From assembly GCA_045863295.1 (NCBI GenBank), contig BTWA01000002.1:203137-267136 (forward strand): a stretch of 64,000 nucleotides of DNA, written 5' to 3'. A program made the translations under genes and the position numbers. The stretch's first letter is position 1. Every line of letters begins with the position of its first letter. The stretch comes from Candidatus Hydrogenedentota bacterium (GTDB taxonomy: Bacteria; Hydrogenedentota; Hydrogenedentia; Hydrogenedentales; SLHB01). Shown one piece after another: positions 53,481 to 64,000 of the stretch. The notes beneath the pieces were generated by a model, which made no database searches, had not been told where the DNA came from, and worked only from the letters and a program-made list of their open reading frames with translations.

Positions 53481-54539
53481 TCAAAATGGGTCAAGGGCAT
53501 GGATAAACAATATGGACAAGTCCTTTTCCGGCACGAAATCTTTCTTCTTCACTTGGAACCGATGGTCGCCGGTTTTTTTCAACCCTTCCACGGCGGTCGA
53601 TACAGCTACCGGAGTCGCGCCGCCGGGCTTTTCAATGGTCAAGGTGAATTCCTTGATTGGCCCCTTCCAATATGCAGCCGTTGTCAAGATGTAATCGACG
53701 ACCACAAAGCTGAACCGTTTGTTCGCCGCCAATTGCTTTTTCGCCCAGCCCAGCACGCTTTGGTCGATTTCGAATCGTTTCTGAAACTCGCTTGTCTGCG
53801 ATACAAACTCGGCCGACCCAAATTTTGGCACTTTGTCATATTCAAGCGTGCGGTTGTTCACACGTTCATAAAATGGATCGAGATGCCACTCGCCCAGGTA
53901 CCCGCGTTGCGGCTCATATTCATGTTCCACTCGCAATTCCGCATTTGATGGAAATACCTGTTCCCACACGTAGGCGGTCTGCACAAACCAAACGGGGAAG
54001 ACACGGTCTTCTTGTTTGGCCATCACCCCGGCCTCGATGAGTTCAGTTTTTGCCGCATCGGACAACGCGTCAAGTTTTTCCCATACTTTTTCCGGGTCTC
54101 CCGTCAAACCGTGTTTGGCCACAATTTCTGTCACGTCCTTTGCCACCTTCCAGTCGCCGCGTGTCGGCACGGGCCATTTCTTGTCCGGATTTTCCACCAT
54201 TACCGCGCGATTGATGGTGCGATACTCCACTGGTTGGCCATCCACCTTTACCGTGAACTTGGCGTAGTTTGGTTTCATCCCCTCAAAATCGCCCAGTCCA
54301 TAAACCGGCAATGGAAATGCCACTTCTGTCTTGAACTCCTCCGGGGTCGTATTGCGAAAAACGTAGGAAACCCGAATCAGATCCTCGCTGATGAAAAGTT
54401 CTTCCTTTTCCATGCTTACCGCATCTGTCTTCTTGAATAGGATCCCGCCCGCGGGGACGGACAAGAACGGGCCGTCGTTGGCCACCGCTGTTGCCGCAGT
54501 CATGGCGAGAGTGGTCACAATCCAAATTACACGTTTCAT
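53481..54539 (-). CDS. Secreted DUF4424-like protein
   Basis: AND..., MEKEELFIS, EVAFPLP, YILTTAAYWKGPIKEFTL. Confidence 0.75.
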   Translation of the reverse strand: MKRVIWIVTTLAMTAATAVANDGPFLSVPAGGILFKKTDAVSMEKEELFISEDLIRVSYVFRNTTPEEFKTEVAFPLPVYGLGDFEGMKPNYAKFTVKVDGQPVEYRTINRAVMVENPDKKWPVPTRGDWKVAKDVTEIVAKHGLTGDPEKVWEKLDALSDAAKTELIEAGVMAKQEDRVFPVWFVQTAYVWEQVFPSNAELRVEHEYEPQRGYLGEWHLDPFYERVNNRTLEYDKVPKFGSAEFVSQTSEFQKRFEIDQSVLGWAKKQLAANKRFSFVVVDYILTTAAYWKGPIKEFTLTIEKPGGATPVAVSTAVEGLKKTGDHRFQVKKKDFVPEKDLSILFIHALDPF

Positions 54540-54604
54540 GCCGAGTTCCTTTTCAATGCGGACCGCTGGGATGCGTTTTAGCGGGCTTCACGATTCGACT
54601 GCCG

Positions 54605-55318
54605 TCATTTGGCCTTGGAGTCCTGTTCGCTTGTTGCCGTGGCCTCGGCTATTCCCAGTGCCGCTTCAATGTGTCTTGCTACTTCCTGAGCGAGCACTTT
54701 GGAGCCCTCTTCGGTGAAGTGGACATTCTTCGGGATTTGAATCTCCGTGAGGCGTGGCAGCGCAAACGTGTACAAATCGTCAATGGCCACCTCATGGCGT
54801 TTCATAATCTCCAGCGCGGCCTCGTTGTAACGCGTCACATCGGCCACTTCTCGAAGCGGCCCGTCGGGCTTTTCCGGGAATGGGGTGGTCGTTGCGAAGA
54901 TGAGTTTGGCGCCGGTCTTTTTCAACCGATCGACAATCGCTTCCAGATTCTTGGCGTACTGTTCCAGGGGTATCTGAATATGACCCAGTTCCTTGGATGC
55001 CACGTTTTTGCCCGCATCGTCTACATATTTGAGGTCGTGCAGTCCGTGATTAAAGTGAATCACGTCCCACTGCGTGTCACCCAGCCATGCCTCGATATTC
55101 TCCAGTCCCTTGCCGGAATGCGCCGCATTGCCGGGGTTGTGAACAACAACGGCCTTTCCCTGGAGCAGGGACTCAAGCGGCTTCATATAACCGATGGATA
55201 TGGAATCGCCGATGATCAATACGTTGGGCCTGTCTGCCGTGGCATCCTCCGATCGTGCCGTGCCTGAGAACGCACACAGGAGTCCGGCTGCCAGGACTGC
55301 ACTAAAACGTCTGCCCAT
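54605..55318 (-). CDS. SGNH/GDSL hydrolase
   Basis: IIGDSIS, FNHGLHD, NVHF; signal peptide. Confidence 0.9.
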   Translation of the reverse strand: MGRRFSAVLAAGLLCAFSGTARSEDATADRPNVLIIGDSISIGYMKPLESLLQGKAVVVHNPGNAAHSGKGLENIEAWLGDTQWDVIHFNHGLHDLKYVDDAGKNVASKELGHIQIPLEQYAKNLEAIVDRLKKTGAKLIFATTTPFPEKPDGPLREVADVTRYNEAALEIMKRHEVAIDDLYTFALPRLTEIQIPKNVHFTEEGSKVLAQEVARHIEAALGIAEATATSEQDSKAK

Positions 55319-55474
55319 AAGACCTCCCTCATAGACCGTACGGATTTACACTCCAGTATTCAGAGGGCATCAGACTACTTTTCCCCGATCCGTGCGTCAA
55401 TGGTGCTATTGGTTGCATGTGCCGCTCCCTGACTTGCCCGCAACAGCGCCGCCACGTACTATGAAGCGACTGAA

Positions 55475-56587
55475 ATGGGGTCTTGGGGTTCCACTGGCGT
55501 GTTTGAATTGCTTCCCAACATGCATTACTGGCCGCGCACCTATATTCAGACGGGGTGCACGGCTTTCGTGGTGGCCGCCCTCGGGACTCCCCTTGCCATT
55601 TTCGTGCTGCGTAGGCTGGGCATTATGGACACACCCGGCGATCACCGGATTCATGATCGGCCGATTCCCCGTGGAGGCGGCATCATCATCTTCATCGCCT
55701 TTGCCGTGGCCGTGCTCCTGCCCAACTACCGGGACAATCCGATGAAAGGCGTAATGCTCAGCGCGTTTATTTGCCTGGTCATTGGTTTTCTCGACGATTG
55801 GCGAGGCGGAGTGCCTGCCGTTCTGAAGCTTGCCACGTTGGCGCTGGTCACATTCATAATGTACAGCTATGGCGTATCCCTCCGGATATTTCCGTGGGCA
55901 TCTCTCAATGTGCTGTTTACTTTGATTTGGATGGTCGGCGTCACGTCTGCCTTTAACGGTCTCGACAATATGGACGGGCTTGCGACCGGCGTTGCGTCTA
56001 TTGCCTCCGCCATGTATTTCATCATCGCCCTTCAGACGTTTCTAATTTTTGGCCGGGAGACCGACCTGTCCTGGTTTGGTTTGCTCGCCGCGGGCTTGAT
56101 CGGCGCGAATCTCGGTTTTCTCATTTACAACTTTAAGCCGGCCCGAATATTTATGGGCGACGCGGGGAGTTTTTTTCTAGGGTACATGCTCGCGGCGCTC
56201 GGCGTCATGGGCCAGTGGACGTTGAATCCGATAATCGCCGTGACGATTCCCGTGCTGATACTGGGCGTTCCCCTGTTCGATTTCACGTACATACTCGTTG
56301 CCCGAATCATGCGGGGCGAAACGCGCACGCTTTATCAGGTCATTACCCATTCCGCGCCGGATCACTTGTCACACCGGCTCGTGTGGATGGGTTTTTCCCA
56401 GCGCAAGGCCGTTCTCTTCATATACTTGATCTCCTTCGCGCTCGGCGTGTCGGGTATTCTTTTGCGGAATGCCAGCAGCCTCGTCGACAACGCCCTTGCT
56501 TTGTTCCAGGGATTCGCCATTGTCGCCATTGTCATCGGTCTTATGGCAACGGCCACGCGAAGGCATCTGGCCAATGGAGCCAAATGA
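55475..56587 (+). CDS. MraY/WecA-like polyprenyl-phosphate GlcNAc-1-P transferase
   Basis: PRGGG, GFLDD, NGLDNMDGLA, FMGDAGS, DHLSHRL. Confidence 0.9.
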   Translation: MGSWGSTGVFELLPNMHYWPRTYIQTGCTAFVVAALGTPLAIFVLRRLGIMDTPGDHRIHDRPIPRGGGIIIFIAFAVAVLLPNYRDNPMKGVMLSAFICLVIGFLDDWRGGVPAVLKLATLALVTFIMYSYGVSLRIFPWASLNVLFTLIWMVGVTSAFNGLDNMDGLATGVASIASAMYFIIALQTFLIFGRETDLSWFGLLAAGLIGANLGFLIYNFKPARIFMGDAGSFFLGYMLAALGVMGQWTLNPIIAVTIPVLILGVPLFDFTYILVARIMRGETRTLYQVITHSAPDHLSHRLVWMGFSQRKAVLFIYLISFALGVSGILLRNASSLVDNALALFQGFAIVAIVIGLMATATRRHLANGAK

Positions 56588-56614
56588 CTCCTCCAACCCA
56601 GCGAGGTATTTTCC

Positions 56615-57886
56615 GTGAAGTGCATCATCGCTCTGATTCTCACGATTCCTGTATTTGCCGCCCCAGCGGGCGCCGTCACGCTTCGTGTGACCGAATTTGG
56701 AGCTATTGCCGATGGCCAGAGCGATTGCACGGCGGCTTTCCAGCGAGCGTTGGACGCCGCCGCGGCCGCCAATGGGGGAATCGTGGAGGTTCCCACCGGC
56801 CTGTACAGCTTTGACGGCACCTTGAACGTGCCCATGGGGGTGGCGCTGCGAGGTGTCTTTCAGTACGCCCCTTCCCATGCGGGCATCCGAGACCGTTCGG
56901 CGGAAAGGCCTGAGTACGGCACTGTGTTGTTACCCCGATCCGGGGCCGGCGACGAAGCCAGCGCGCCGTTTATCACGCTCGGCACGAATAGCGTGCTCCA
57001 GGGGGTGTGCATTCACTATCCCGACCAGAAGCCTGACGCTGAGTCGCCCACGCCCTACCCGTTCGCGATTGCGATGCGGGGTAACAACCCGGCCGTCATC
57101 GATGTGGAGCTCTTGAATCCGTACAAGGCCATAGACGCCAGCCAGAACCAGCGCCACCTCATTCGCAACGTCCACGGCCAGCCTATCGCCATGGGTATCT
57201 ATGTTGATGTCATCTACGACATTGGCCGGATAGAAAACGTCCACTGGAACCCGTGGTGGTCTATCGGCACGCCGGTGTACAAGTGGCAGACTGAGAACGG
57301 CGTTGGGTTCTTTTTTGGCAAGACCGATTGGCATTACGTCCACAATACGTTTTGTTTTGGTTACAACGTCGGCTACAAGTTTGCGGAAACCGAAAAGGGG
57401 GTTTGCAACGGCAACTTCCTGGGTATTGGCGCGGACGACTGTTTTACCGCCGTCCATATCGAAAACAGCTCACCGTACGGCATCCTTATTACCAACGGCG
57501 AGTTCGTTTCTTTTCATGGGCCCGACCCCACCATGGTTAGGGTCGACGAGACCAATACCGGTACGGTGCGGTTTGTAAACAGTGCTTTCTGGGGTCCCTG
57601 CAACCGCATCGCCTTTGTGGAAGGCAAGGGTGTGATTGGGTTTAGCGATTGCACCTTCTTCCAATGGGCCCATCACGGCAGGGACTACCCCGCCATCGAT
57701 GTGGTGGGGGGTACGATACTCGTACGGGGGTGCGAATTCGCCCAGGATCGCAAGCATGTGACGCTGCGCAGGCCTGTTGACCGGGCGATCATCACGGAGA
57801 ATATCGTTCCCTTTGAACCCCACATTCAAAACCGGGCGTATGGCAACGTGGTCATAAGGGACAATGTGGGGGTCCCCAAATTGTAA
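56615..57886 (+). CDS. Secreted pectin lyase-like beta-helix protein
   Basis: FGAIADGQSDCTAAFQRALD, GGIVEVPTG. Confidence 0.78.
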   Translation: MKCIIALILTIPVFAAPAGAVTLRVTEFGAIADGQSDCTAAFQRALDAAAAANGGIVEVPTGLYSFDGTLNVPMGVALRGVFQYAPSHAGIRDRSAERPEYGTVLLPRSGAGDEASAPFITLGTNSVLQGVCIHYPDQKPDAESPTPYPFAIAMRGNNPAVIDVELLNPYKAIDASQNQRHLIRNVHGQPIAMGIYVDVIYDIGRIENVHWNPWWSIGTPVYKWQTENGVGFFFGKTDWHYVHNTFCFGYNVGYKFAETEKGVCNGNFLGIGADDCFTAVHIENSSPYGILITNGEFVSFHGPDPTMVRVDETNTGTVRFVNSAFWGPCNRIAFVEGKGVIGFSDCTFFQWAHHGRDYPAIDVVGGTILVRGCEFAQDRKHVTLRRPVDRAIITENIVPFEPHIQNRAYGNVVIRDNVGVPKL

Positions 57887-58102
57887 GACATCGAAACATC
57901 TTGCAATCATGGGGTCCCGGCGGCTACACTTTAGGGGCTTAGATCGTCGGTTAAGCCATGCAGACAAACGGCCTATCCTGTCCGGATATTGTTTGTCGCA
58001 TCATTGCCCCCCGCCCGGTGATCGGGCTATGACACCCGCCAGGGCCGGTTGTAAACGGCCCAACGGCACCGACATTGCACTTGGACCCTGGAGTATTCGT
58101 AC

Positions 58103-58984
58103 ATGAGAAAGTACTTGCCCGATTACTGCACCGTTCGTACATTTAAGTGGCCGACTGCCATCGTCATTGGCCTGATTCATGTGGCGGCCCTTGCGGCTCC
58201 TTTTACCTTTTCCTGGACCGGCCTTATCCTATGCCTTGTGTTGTATTACATGTCCGGCGGATTGGGCATTACGCTTTGTTACCACCGGTTTCTGACGCAT
58301 AGCAGCTTCAAGACTTACGCGCCCGTGAAGTGGTTTATCACCACTTGCGCGGTACTTGCGTTTCAGGGCAATCCCACGTCCTGGGTATCGGCGCATCGTG
58401 TGCACCACAAGGAATCGGATCACGAACCGGATCCTCATTCCCCGGTGGTCGTGAATTTTCTGTGGGGCCACATCCTTTGGTTGTTCTGGCGTCAACCGGG
58501 TTTGGCCACGCGCGAGGAAGAGCAGCATTACACCAAGGATCTGCAACGCGATGCGGCCGTTCGGTTCTTTGACAAGTCGTTTCTTCTCATTAACATCTTG
58601 TTTGCCGCGGGCTTGTACGGGGCGGGTTACCTGATTGCGGGCCCGGCTTTCGGTACTTCGCTTCTGGTGTGGGGGTTCTTCCTTCGCATAGTGCTTTGTT
58701 GGCACGGTACGTGGCTGGTCAATTCCGCCACACACCTTTGGGGTTATTCGAATTACACCACCGATGACAACAGCAAAAACAATTGGTGGGTGGCTCTGCT
58801 GAGTTTTGGCGAAGGCTGGCATAACAACCATCATGCCGATCAACGATCGGCGGCGCACGGTCACAAGTGGTGGGAATTCGATCTTACCTACGTGACGATC
58901 AGACTCCTTGAGAAGTTGGGACTTGCGTGGGATGTTGTGGTTCCGCGCAACATGCAGAAGATGGACATGCGCAAGGCGGCATAG
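58103..58984 (+). CDS. Delta-9 acyl-lipid/CoA desaturase
   Basis: His boxes HRFLTH, HRVHH, GEGWHNNHH. Confidence 0.93.
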   Translation: MRKYLPDYCTVRTFKWPTAIVIGLIHVAALAAPFTFSWTGLILCLVLYYMSGGLGITLCYHRFLTHSSFKTYAPVKWFITTCAVLAFQGNPTSWVSAHRVHHKESDHEPDPHSPVVVNFLWGHILWLFWRQPGLATREEEQHYTKDLQRDAAVRFFDKSFLLINILFAAGLYGAGYLIAGPAFGTSLLVWGFFLRIVLCWHGTWLVNSATHLWGYSNYTTDDNSKNNWWVALLSFGEGWHNNHHADQRSAAHGHKWWEFDLTYVTIRLLEKLGLAWDVVVPRNMQKMDMRKAA

Positions 58985-58998
58985 CCTAATCCAAACGA

Positions 58999-59256
58999 TT
59001 ATCGTGGCCGGGAGGACCTTGGGGTCTTTCCGGCCTTTTTCTGTTGTAGCTGTTGATTTCCAGAAGGGTTTTTCGGCCTCGCGGGCGGCTTTTTGGGTAC
59101 CTTTGCCCCTGCTTCGCGGGCTTCGGATAGTCCGATAGCGATTGCCTGTTTCCGGTTTGTGACTTTTTTACCCGTGCTCGAGCGCAACGTGCCGTGCTTG
59201 AACTCCCGCATTGTTTTACCCACTTTTTCTTGTGCTTTTTTGCCGTACTTGGGCAT
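58999..59256 (-). CDS. Small basic protein (DUF6496-like)
   Basis: KVGKTMREFKHGTLRSS..KVTNRKQAIAIGLSEAR; AAGGAG RBS. Confidence 0.8.
   Translation of the reverse strand: MPKYGKKAQEKVGKTMREFKHGTLRSSTGKKVTNRKQAIAIGLSEAREAGAKVPKKPPARPKNPSGNQQLQQKKAGKTPRSSRPR
59006..59041 (+). terminator. Intrinsic terminator after desaturase
   Basis: ggccgggaggacc/ggtctttccggcc plus ttttt. Confidence 0.75.
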
Positions 59257-59501
59257 GGCTGTCACTCCTTGCCTGTGCGGACCGAACTTGATCCCGCGTC
59301 GTTCTCCAATAAGTGTACTTTCCGAACGATTTATCCCGTATCGGCGTGGTTCTGATAGGGCCATGAGAGTCAGCCCCGAATTTGCGCTGGGCATTCGTCC
59401 TGCGCGCATTGAAGTCTAGTGCTTGATTTTGTCGTATGCAGCCAACTACATTCCTCTGGTAGCTACAATCTGTGGGGTGTTCAATCCGGGAGTTATACGC
59501 C

Positions 59502-60542
59502 ATGTTGTATTCCTTTGTGCGACAAGTTGCTTTGGTGAGCATCGCCGCCGTGATTTGCGTTGGCTTTACCGGTTGTTACAAGAGCATTCGCAAGAATGCC
59601 AAGGACATGACCACCCAGGAACGGGATGATTTTGTTGCGGCAATCCTTCTTCTGAAGGAAACGCCCTCGCCGTTTGAAGACGGCATCAGCTATTACGATC
59701 AGTTTGTGAAGTGGCATGTCGAGATCAACAACTGCCTTGGGTACAGCTATCATGCGGGTCCCGCCTTTCTGCCGTGGCACCGCGCTTTCTTGATGCAGTT
59801 TGAATTGGCGTTGCGCGAAGTCAGCGGCAAAGACATTTCGGTGCCGTATTGGGAATGGAACGATCCGGAGAGCACGGCGGCGGTGTTCAACGAAGAGTTC
59901 ATGGGTACCAGCGGCGATCCTAACGATCTGTTCGCGCTCGACAACGGTCCGTTCCGGAAAGGCGAATTCGCGGTATCGGTATTCATGGACATGGATCCGC
60001 ACAAGTTTCCGCACATCGTGCGCAACATTGGATCCTCCTTCATGCCCGTGTTGCCTACCCCGGCGCAAATCGAGACGGCGCTGGGCGTCGAGACGTACGA
60101 CGTGTTTCCCTGGAACGAGTTCAGCCCAATCGACGAGAGTTTTCGCAACCATATCGAAGGGTTTCGCGGCACGACAAATGTCATGTGCATGGAGGACGGC
60201 ATGATTGTGCGCCAAGGCACGGGGGAAACGGCCATGCATAACCAGGTGCACAATTACGTGGGCGGCGCTTGGGTAGAGAACAGTATCCAATACGGGGGGA
60301 CGATGTTGTTGCATTCCTCGCCTGCCGATCCCATTTTCTGGCTGCACCATGCGTATGTGGACAAGCTCTGGGAAGAGTGGATGCAACGCCACGGCAAGCG
60401 ATACGCTCCTTTCTTCGGCGGCCGCGAGCATCATAACGCGGTGGACGTGCTCTGGCCGTTTACCAAAGAGATCGTCGGTAAGAATGTTCGTGCCATCGAC
60501 GTGATCGACCTGAAAAAGACTGGCGTACAATACGCGGAGTAA
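59502..60542 (+). CDS. Tyrosinase-family type-3 copper protein, probable lipoprotein
   Basis: CuA H..HAGPAFLPWHR; CuB HNQVH...DPIFWLHH; FTGC lipobox-like motif. Confidence 0.88.
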   Translation: MLYSFVRQVALVSIAAVICVGFTGCYKSIRKNAKDMTTQERDDFVAAILLLKETPSPFEDGISYYDQFVKWHVEINNCLGYSYHAGPAFLPWHRAFLMQFELALREVSGKDISVPYWEWNDPESTAAVFNEEFMGTSGDPNDLFALDNGPFRKGEFAVSVFMDMDPHKFPHIVRNIGSSFMPVLPTPAQIETALGVETYDVFPWNEFSPIDESFRNHIEGFRGTTNVMCMEDGMIVRQGTGETAMHNQVHNYVGGAWVENSIQYGGTMLLHSSPADPIFWLHHAYVDKLWEEWMQRHGKRYAPFFGGREHHNAVDVLWPFTKEIVGKNVRAIDVIDLKKTGVQYAE

Positions 60543-60592
60543 CTTGGGCGAACTTGCCGAGGCATCTGTTTGCGGGGCGTGATTCCTGTGTG

Positions 60593-60650
60593 GGATGGAA
60601 GGGACGGGAAAGACATAAGGGACATAATGGACGCAGGGGACGTAGGGACA
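60593..60650. repeat. Degenerate 9-bp purine-rich tandem repeat (GGAC-N5, about 6-7 units)
   Basis: ggatggaag ggacgggaa agacataag ggacataat ggacgcagg ggacgtag ggaca. Confidence 0.65.
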
Positions 60651-60902
60651 TCAAGATGGCCCTTCGCCGCTTTTTATTGACGTTAAAGTGGCGCGCTTGA
60701 GCGCTGCGGACCCCACTGCCATTTCCGCACTGGTGCGTACTTCGATCTGCCTCCCACTCAATCGTACCCGAGGGGTGGCGGTTGCGCGGGGTTTTGGGTA
60801 CGGGATATGATAACCCATTGCGGCGGGTGGATTTTGCTTGGGCCGGGTTTCCGACGCCGGATCGCCGCATTTCTGTAACTCGTTTACCCTGTGAGGTGTG
60901 TT

Positions 60903-63173
60903 ATGGCTTTTGATTTCGACATGATCGAGAAGATTTATGCGGCGTTGGGCGGCAAGGTGAATGCCGCGCGGTCGCTGGTTGGGCGGCCGCTGACGCAGGC
61001 GGAGAAGATTCTGTACGCGCACTTGTTCGATGCGTTGCCGGGCAAGGCGTTTGGCCGTGGGTCGGATTATGTCGATTTTGCGCCGGATCGGGTCGCGATG
61101 CAGGATGCGACGGCGCAGATGGCGTTGTTGCAGTTCATGCAGTGCGGGCGGGCGGTGACGGCGGTTCCGTCGACGGTTCATTGCGATCACCTGATTCTGG
61201 CGGAATCGGGCGCGAAGAGCGATTTGCTGAAGTCCATCGACGTGAACAAGGAAGTGTTCGACTTTTTATCCTCCGTTTCGAACAAGTATGGCATCGGTTT
61301 TTGGAAGCCGGGCGCGGGCATTATCCACCAGGTTATTTTGGAGAATTATGCGTTTCCCGGGGGGATGATGGTGGGCACCGACTCCCACACGCCCAATGCG
61401 GGTGGATTGGGGATGGTGGCGATTGGCGTGGGCGGCGCGGATGCTGTTGATGTGATGGCGGGCATGGCGTGGGAGTTAAAATGGCCCAAACTCATCGGCG
61501 TACATCTTACCGGCAAGATGAGCGGTTGGACTTCGCCGAAGGATGTGATACTCAAGGTCGCCGACATACTGACGGTGAAGGGTGGTACGGGGGCCATTGT
61601 GGAGTATTTCGGACCCGGGGCGGAGACCATGTCCTGCACGGGCAAGGGGACGATCTGCAACATGGGGGCGGAGATTGGGGCGACGACGTCGTTGTTCGCC
61701 TTCGACGATTCCATGGTTCGCTATCTGGAATCCACGGGTCGTGCCGACGTGGCGGCGGCGGCGGCGGCGGTAAGGGAGCATTTGCGTCCCGATCCCGAAG
61801 TGTATCAGGAGCCCTCGAAGTATTTTGACCAGCTTATCGAGATCAACCTGAGCGAGTTGGAGCCGCACGTGAACGGTCCGTTCACGCCTGATCTGGGATC
61901 GCCGATATCCAAACTGGCCGACAATGCGAAGGCGAATCAGTGGCCGATGGAGGTTGAAGTGGGGCTCATTGGGTCGTGCACGAATTCCTCGTATGAGGAT
62001 ATGGCGCGGGCGGCGTCTATTGCGCGTCAGGCCAAGGAAAAAGGCATCAAGGCAAAAGCCGAGTTTACGATAACGCCGGGATCCGAATTGGTGCGCGCCA
62101 CTATCGAGCGCGACGGGCTATTAAACGATTTCGAAGCCGTTGGCGGCGTGGTGCTGGCCAATGCGTGCGGTCCGTGCATTGGGCAATGGGCGCGGCACCG
62201 GAGTGGTCCGAAGGACGCGCCGAATACGATTGTGACCTCGTTCAACCGCAATTTCGCCAAGCGCAACGACGGCAATCCGAAGACGCACGCTTTTGTCACG
62301 TCGCCTGAGATGGTGACGGCGCTGGTGTTGGGGGGGCGTCTGGATTTCAATCCGCTCAAAGATACGCTGACCAACGAGAAGGGCGAGCAGGTAAAGCTGG
62401 ATCCGCCCACCGGCGATGAATTGCCCCAAAAGGGTTTCGATTGCGAAGACCCTGGTTATGTCGCGCCGGCGGATGATGGCAGCGGGGTGGATGTGATCGT
62501 GAACCCCGATTCCGAGCGGCTTCAGTTGCTTGCGGGATTCGCGCCCTGGGAGGGCACCGACTTAGCCGGTTTGAAGTTGCTGGCGAAGTTTAAGGGCAAG
62601 TGCACGACGGATCACATTTCGATGGCGGGCCCATGGCTGCGATTCCGGGGTCACCTCGACAACATCGCTAACAATACATTTATTGGCGCCATCAACTTTT
62701 TCAATGGCGAGGCGAACAAGATAAAGAACCAGATCACCGGCGGCTATGGCGAAGTACCGGCCACGGCGCGGGCCTACAAGGCTGCGGGAGTCGGCAGTGT
62801 CGTCGTTGGTGATGAGAACTACGGCGAGGGGTCCTCCCGCGAGCACGCGGCCATGCAACCGCGCCACTTGGGCGTGCGCGCGATTCTGGTGAAGAGCTTT
62901 GCCCGGATTCACGAGACGAACCTGAAGAAGCAGGGGATGCTGGCGCTGACATTCGTGAATCCCGCGGATTACGACAAAATCCAGGAAGACGACACCCTCG
63001 ATATCGTGGGGTTGACCGAATTTGCTCCTGGGAAGCCTTTGACCATCGTTTTGCACCATGCGGACGGGTCCTCGGACCAGTTCCCGGTGAATCACACCTA
63101 TAACGAGTCCCAGATCGAGTGGTTCAAGGCGGGCGGGGCGTTGAATCTGATTAAGGCGCAGGTAGGGGGGTGA
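60903..63173 (+). CDS. Aconitate hydratase (mitochondrial-like type)
   Basis: [53 protein letters not shown]. Confidence 0.96.
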   Translation: MAFDFDMIEKIYAALGGKVNAARSLVGRPLTQAEKILYAHLFDALPGKAFGRGSDYVDFAPDRVAMQDATAQMALLQFMQCGRAVTAVPSTVHCDHLILAESGAKSDLLKSIDVNKEVFDFLSSVSNKYGIGFWKPGAGIIHQVILENYAFPGGMMVGTDSHTPNAGGLGMVAIGVGGADAVDVMAGMAWELKWPKLIGVHLTGKMSGWTSPKDVILKVADILTVKGGTGAIVEYFGPGAETMSCTGKGTICNMGAEIGATTSLFAFDDSMVRYLESTGRADVAAAAAAVREHLRPDPEVYQEPSKYFDQLIEINLSELEPHVNGPFTPDLGSPISKLADNAKANQWPMEVEVGLIGSCTNSSYEDMARAASIARQAKEKGIKAKAEFTITPGSELVRATIERDGLLNDFEAVGGVVLANACGPCIGQWARHRSGPKDAPNTIVTSFNRNFAKRNDGNPKTHAFVTSPEMVTALVLGGRLDFNPLKDTLTNEKGEQVKLDPPTGDELPQKGFDCEDPGYVAPADDGSGVDVIVNPDSERLQLLAGFAPWEGTDLAGLKLLAKFKGKCTTDHISMAGPWLRFRGHLDNIANNTFIGAINFFNGEANKIKNQITGGYGEVPATARAYKAAGVGSVVVGDENYGEGSSREHAAMQPRHLGVRAILVKSFARIHETNLKKQGMLALTFVNPADYDKIQEDDTLDIVGLTEFAPGKPLTIVLHHADGSSDQFPVNHTYNESQIEWFKAGGALNLIKAQVGG

Positions 63174-63337
63174 GTTCGGGGCCGGGAGCCTGAATAGGGC
63201 CTATCGTTTGGGGCGGTGGGGGTTTCTGGCATTCGGAGGTTGTTATTTTGGGGCGACTTGTGTAGAATGGTGGGCGGTAGGTACCGTTCTGTTCGTGCAT
63301 GTGCACATTTGGACCAAGCTGAAGGAGGATATGGGAC

Positions 63338-63475
63338 ATGTTGTTTGTACTGGCTTCGATTTTCAATTTTCCGTTGCTGCCGTATGACTGGGCGAATGTG
63401 ATCTTCAATTTCCTGACGGGTGGATTTGACGCTGCCATCCTGTTTTTCCGTGCTTTGGGCCTGCCCGTCGTCTGA
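63338..63475 (+). CDS. Putative 45-aa hydrophobic small protein
   Basis: AGGAGG (63323-28) 9 nt before ATG; MLFVLASIFNFPLLPYDWANVIFNFLTGGFDAAILFFRALGLPVV. Confidence 0.55.
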   Translation: MLFVLASIFNFPLLPYDWANVIFNFLTGGFDAAILFFRALGLPVV

Positions 63476-63666
63476 TATCCGGGGCGGTCGTTGACGGAAA
63501 GATGCATTCCATGAACCTTCCCGATCGGGTGGGTTCGGGGAGTGAGTCTCGCTTTTGTGCGGGACGTACCGGCAAGTATTTGCTGAAGGGTATGTCCCGC
63601 TTTTTTATTTGCCTTTTTCGCGGTTCCAGGGGTTCGAATTTTGCCGGGGGGCGAGGATACATCGAG

Positions 63667-64000
63667 ATGGGTAACGCCGTTCGTCTGACATTGGTGAGTT
63701 TGTTGTGGGTCGCGTGTGGGTTGGGTTGGGCCGACTTGGCGCCGCCGAAGAACGGGGGCGTGTATGTGGTGGCTCACCGGGGGGCGCACATCGGGATTCC
63801 GGAGAATACGCTGGCTGCGTATGCGAAGGCGATTGAGCTGGGGTGCGACTTTGTCGAGATAGATGTCCGTACGACCAAGGATGGTCATTTTGTGAGCGTA
63901 CACAATTCTTCGGTTGACGCGTATACCGAAGGCGTGACGGGCAAAGTGGCGGAGATGACATTGGACGAGATTCGTGCATTGGATGTTGGCAAGAAAGTTG
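63667..64000 (+). CDS. Glycerophosphodiester phosphodiesterase (runs off window end)
   Basis: Manual translation: signal peptide, VAHRGA, PENTLAA, VEIDVRTTKDG. Confidence 0.88.
   Translation, partial: MGNAVRLTLVSLLWVACGLGWADLAPPKNGGVYVVAHRGAHIGIPENTLAAYAKAIELGCDFVEIDVRTTKDGHFVSVHNSSVDAYTEGVTGKVAEMTLDEIRALDVGKKV

Noticed and set aside
63331..63387. 18-aa ORF from the first ATG after AGGAGG
   Set aside because: SD spacing is only 2 nt; the ATG at 63338 has suitable spacing.

Overview
GC-rich bacterial chromosomal window. The DUF1559 prepilin-type protein and the PSD1/DUF1501 pair suggest a Hydrogenedentota- or Planctomycetota-like organism (inference only). Most of the window is housekeeping: sdhCAB, rpsB-tsf-pyrH-frr-uppS-cdsA-prfB-lysS-lolC/E-lolD, gap-pgk, rpsO-pnp-M16 peptidase-dut, araB and aconitase, plus secreted proteins of unknown function. 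The standout is a complete 3,244-bp IS1-family cargo element (18138-21381). It has perfect 19-bp terminal inverted repeats and an 8-bp target duplication. It carries a DDE transposase on one strand and, divergently, a translationally coupled operon: small RHH-like protein, GmrSD-like DUF262/DUF1524 nuclease, 96-aa unknown protein. Twin TGTACG-N9-CGTACA palindromes sit on both promoters. Other notable items: an IR-bracketed 4x24-bp REP-like array, a long structured leader before gap, a sigma54/PspF locus led by a PilZ gene and lacking pspB, a prfB without the frameshift, and a 45-aa sORF below the ORF-track cutoff. Family names come from motif recognition, not database searches. Where start codons differ from the ORF track they were chosen by eye.
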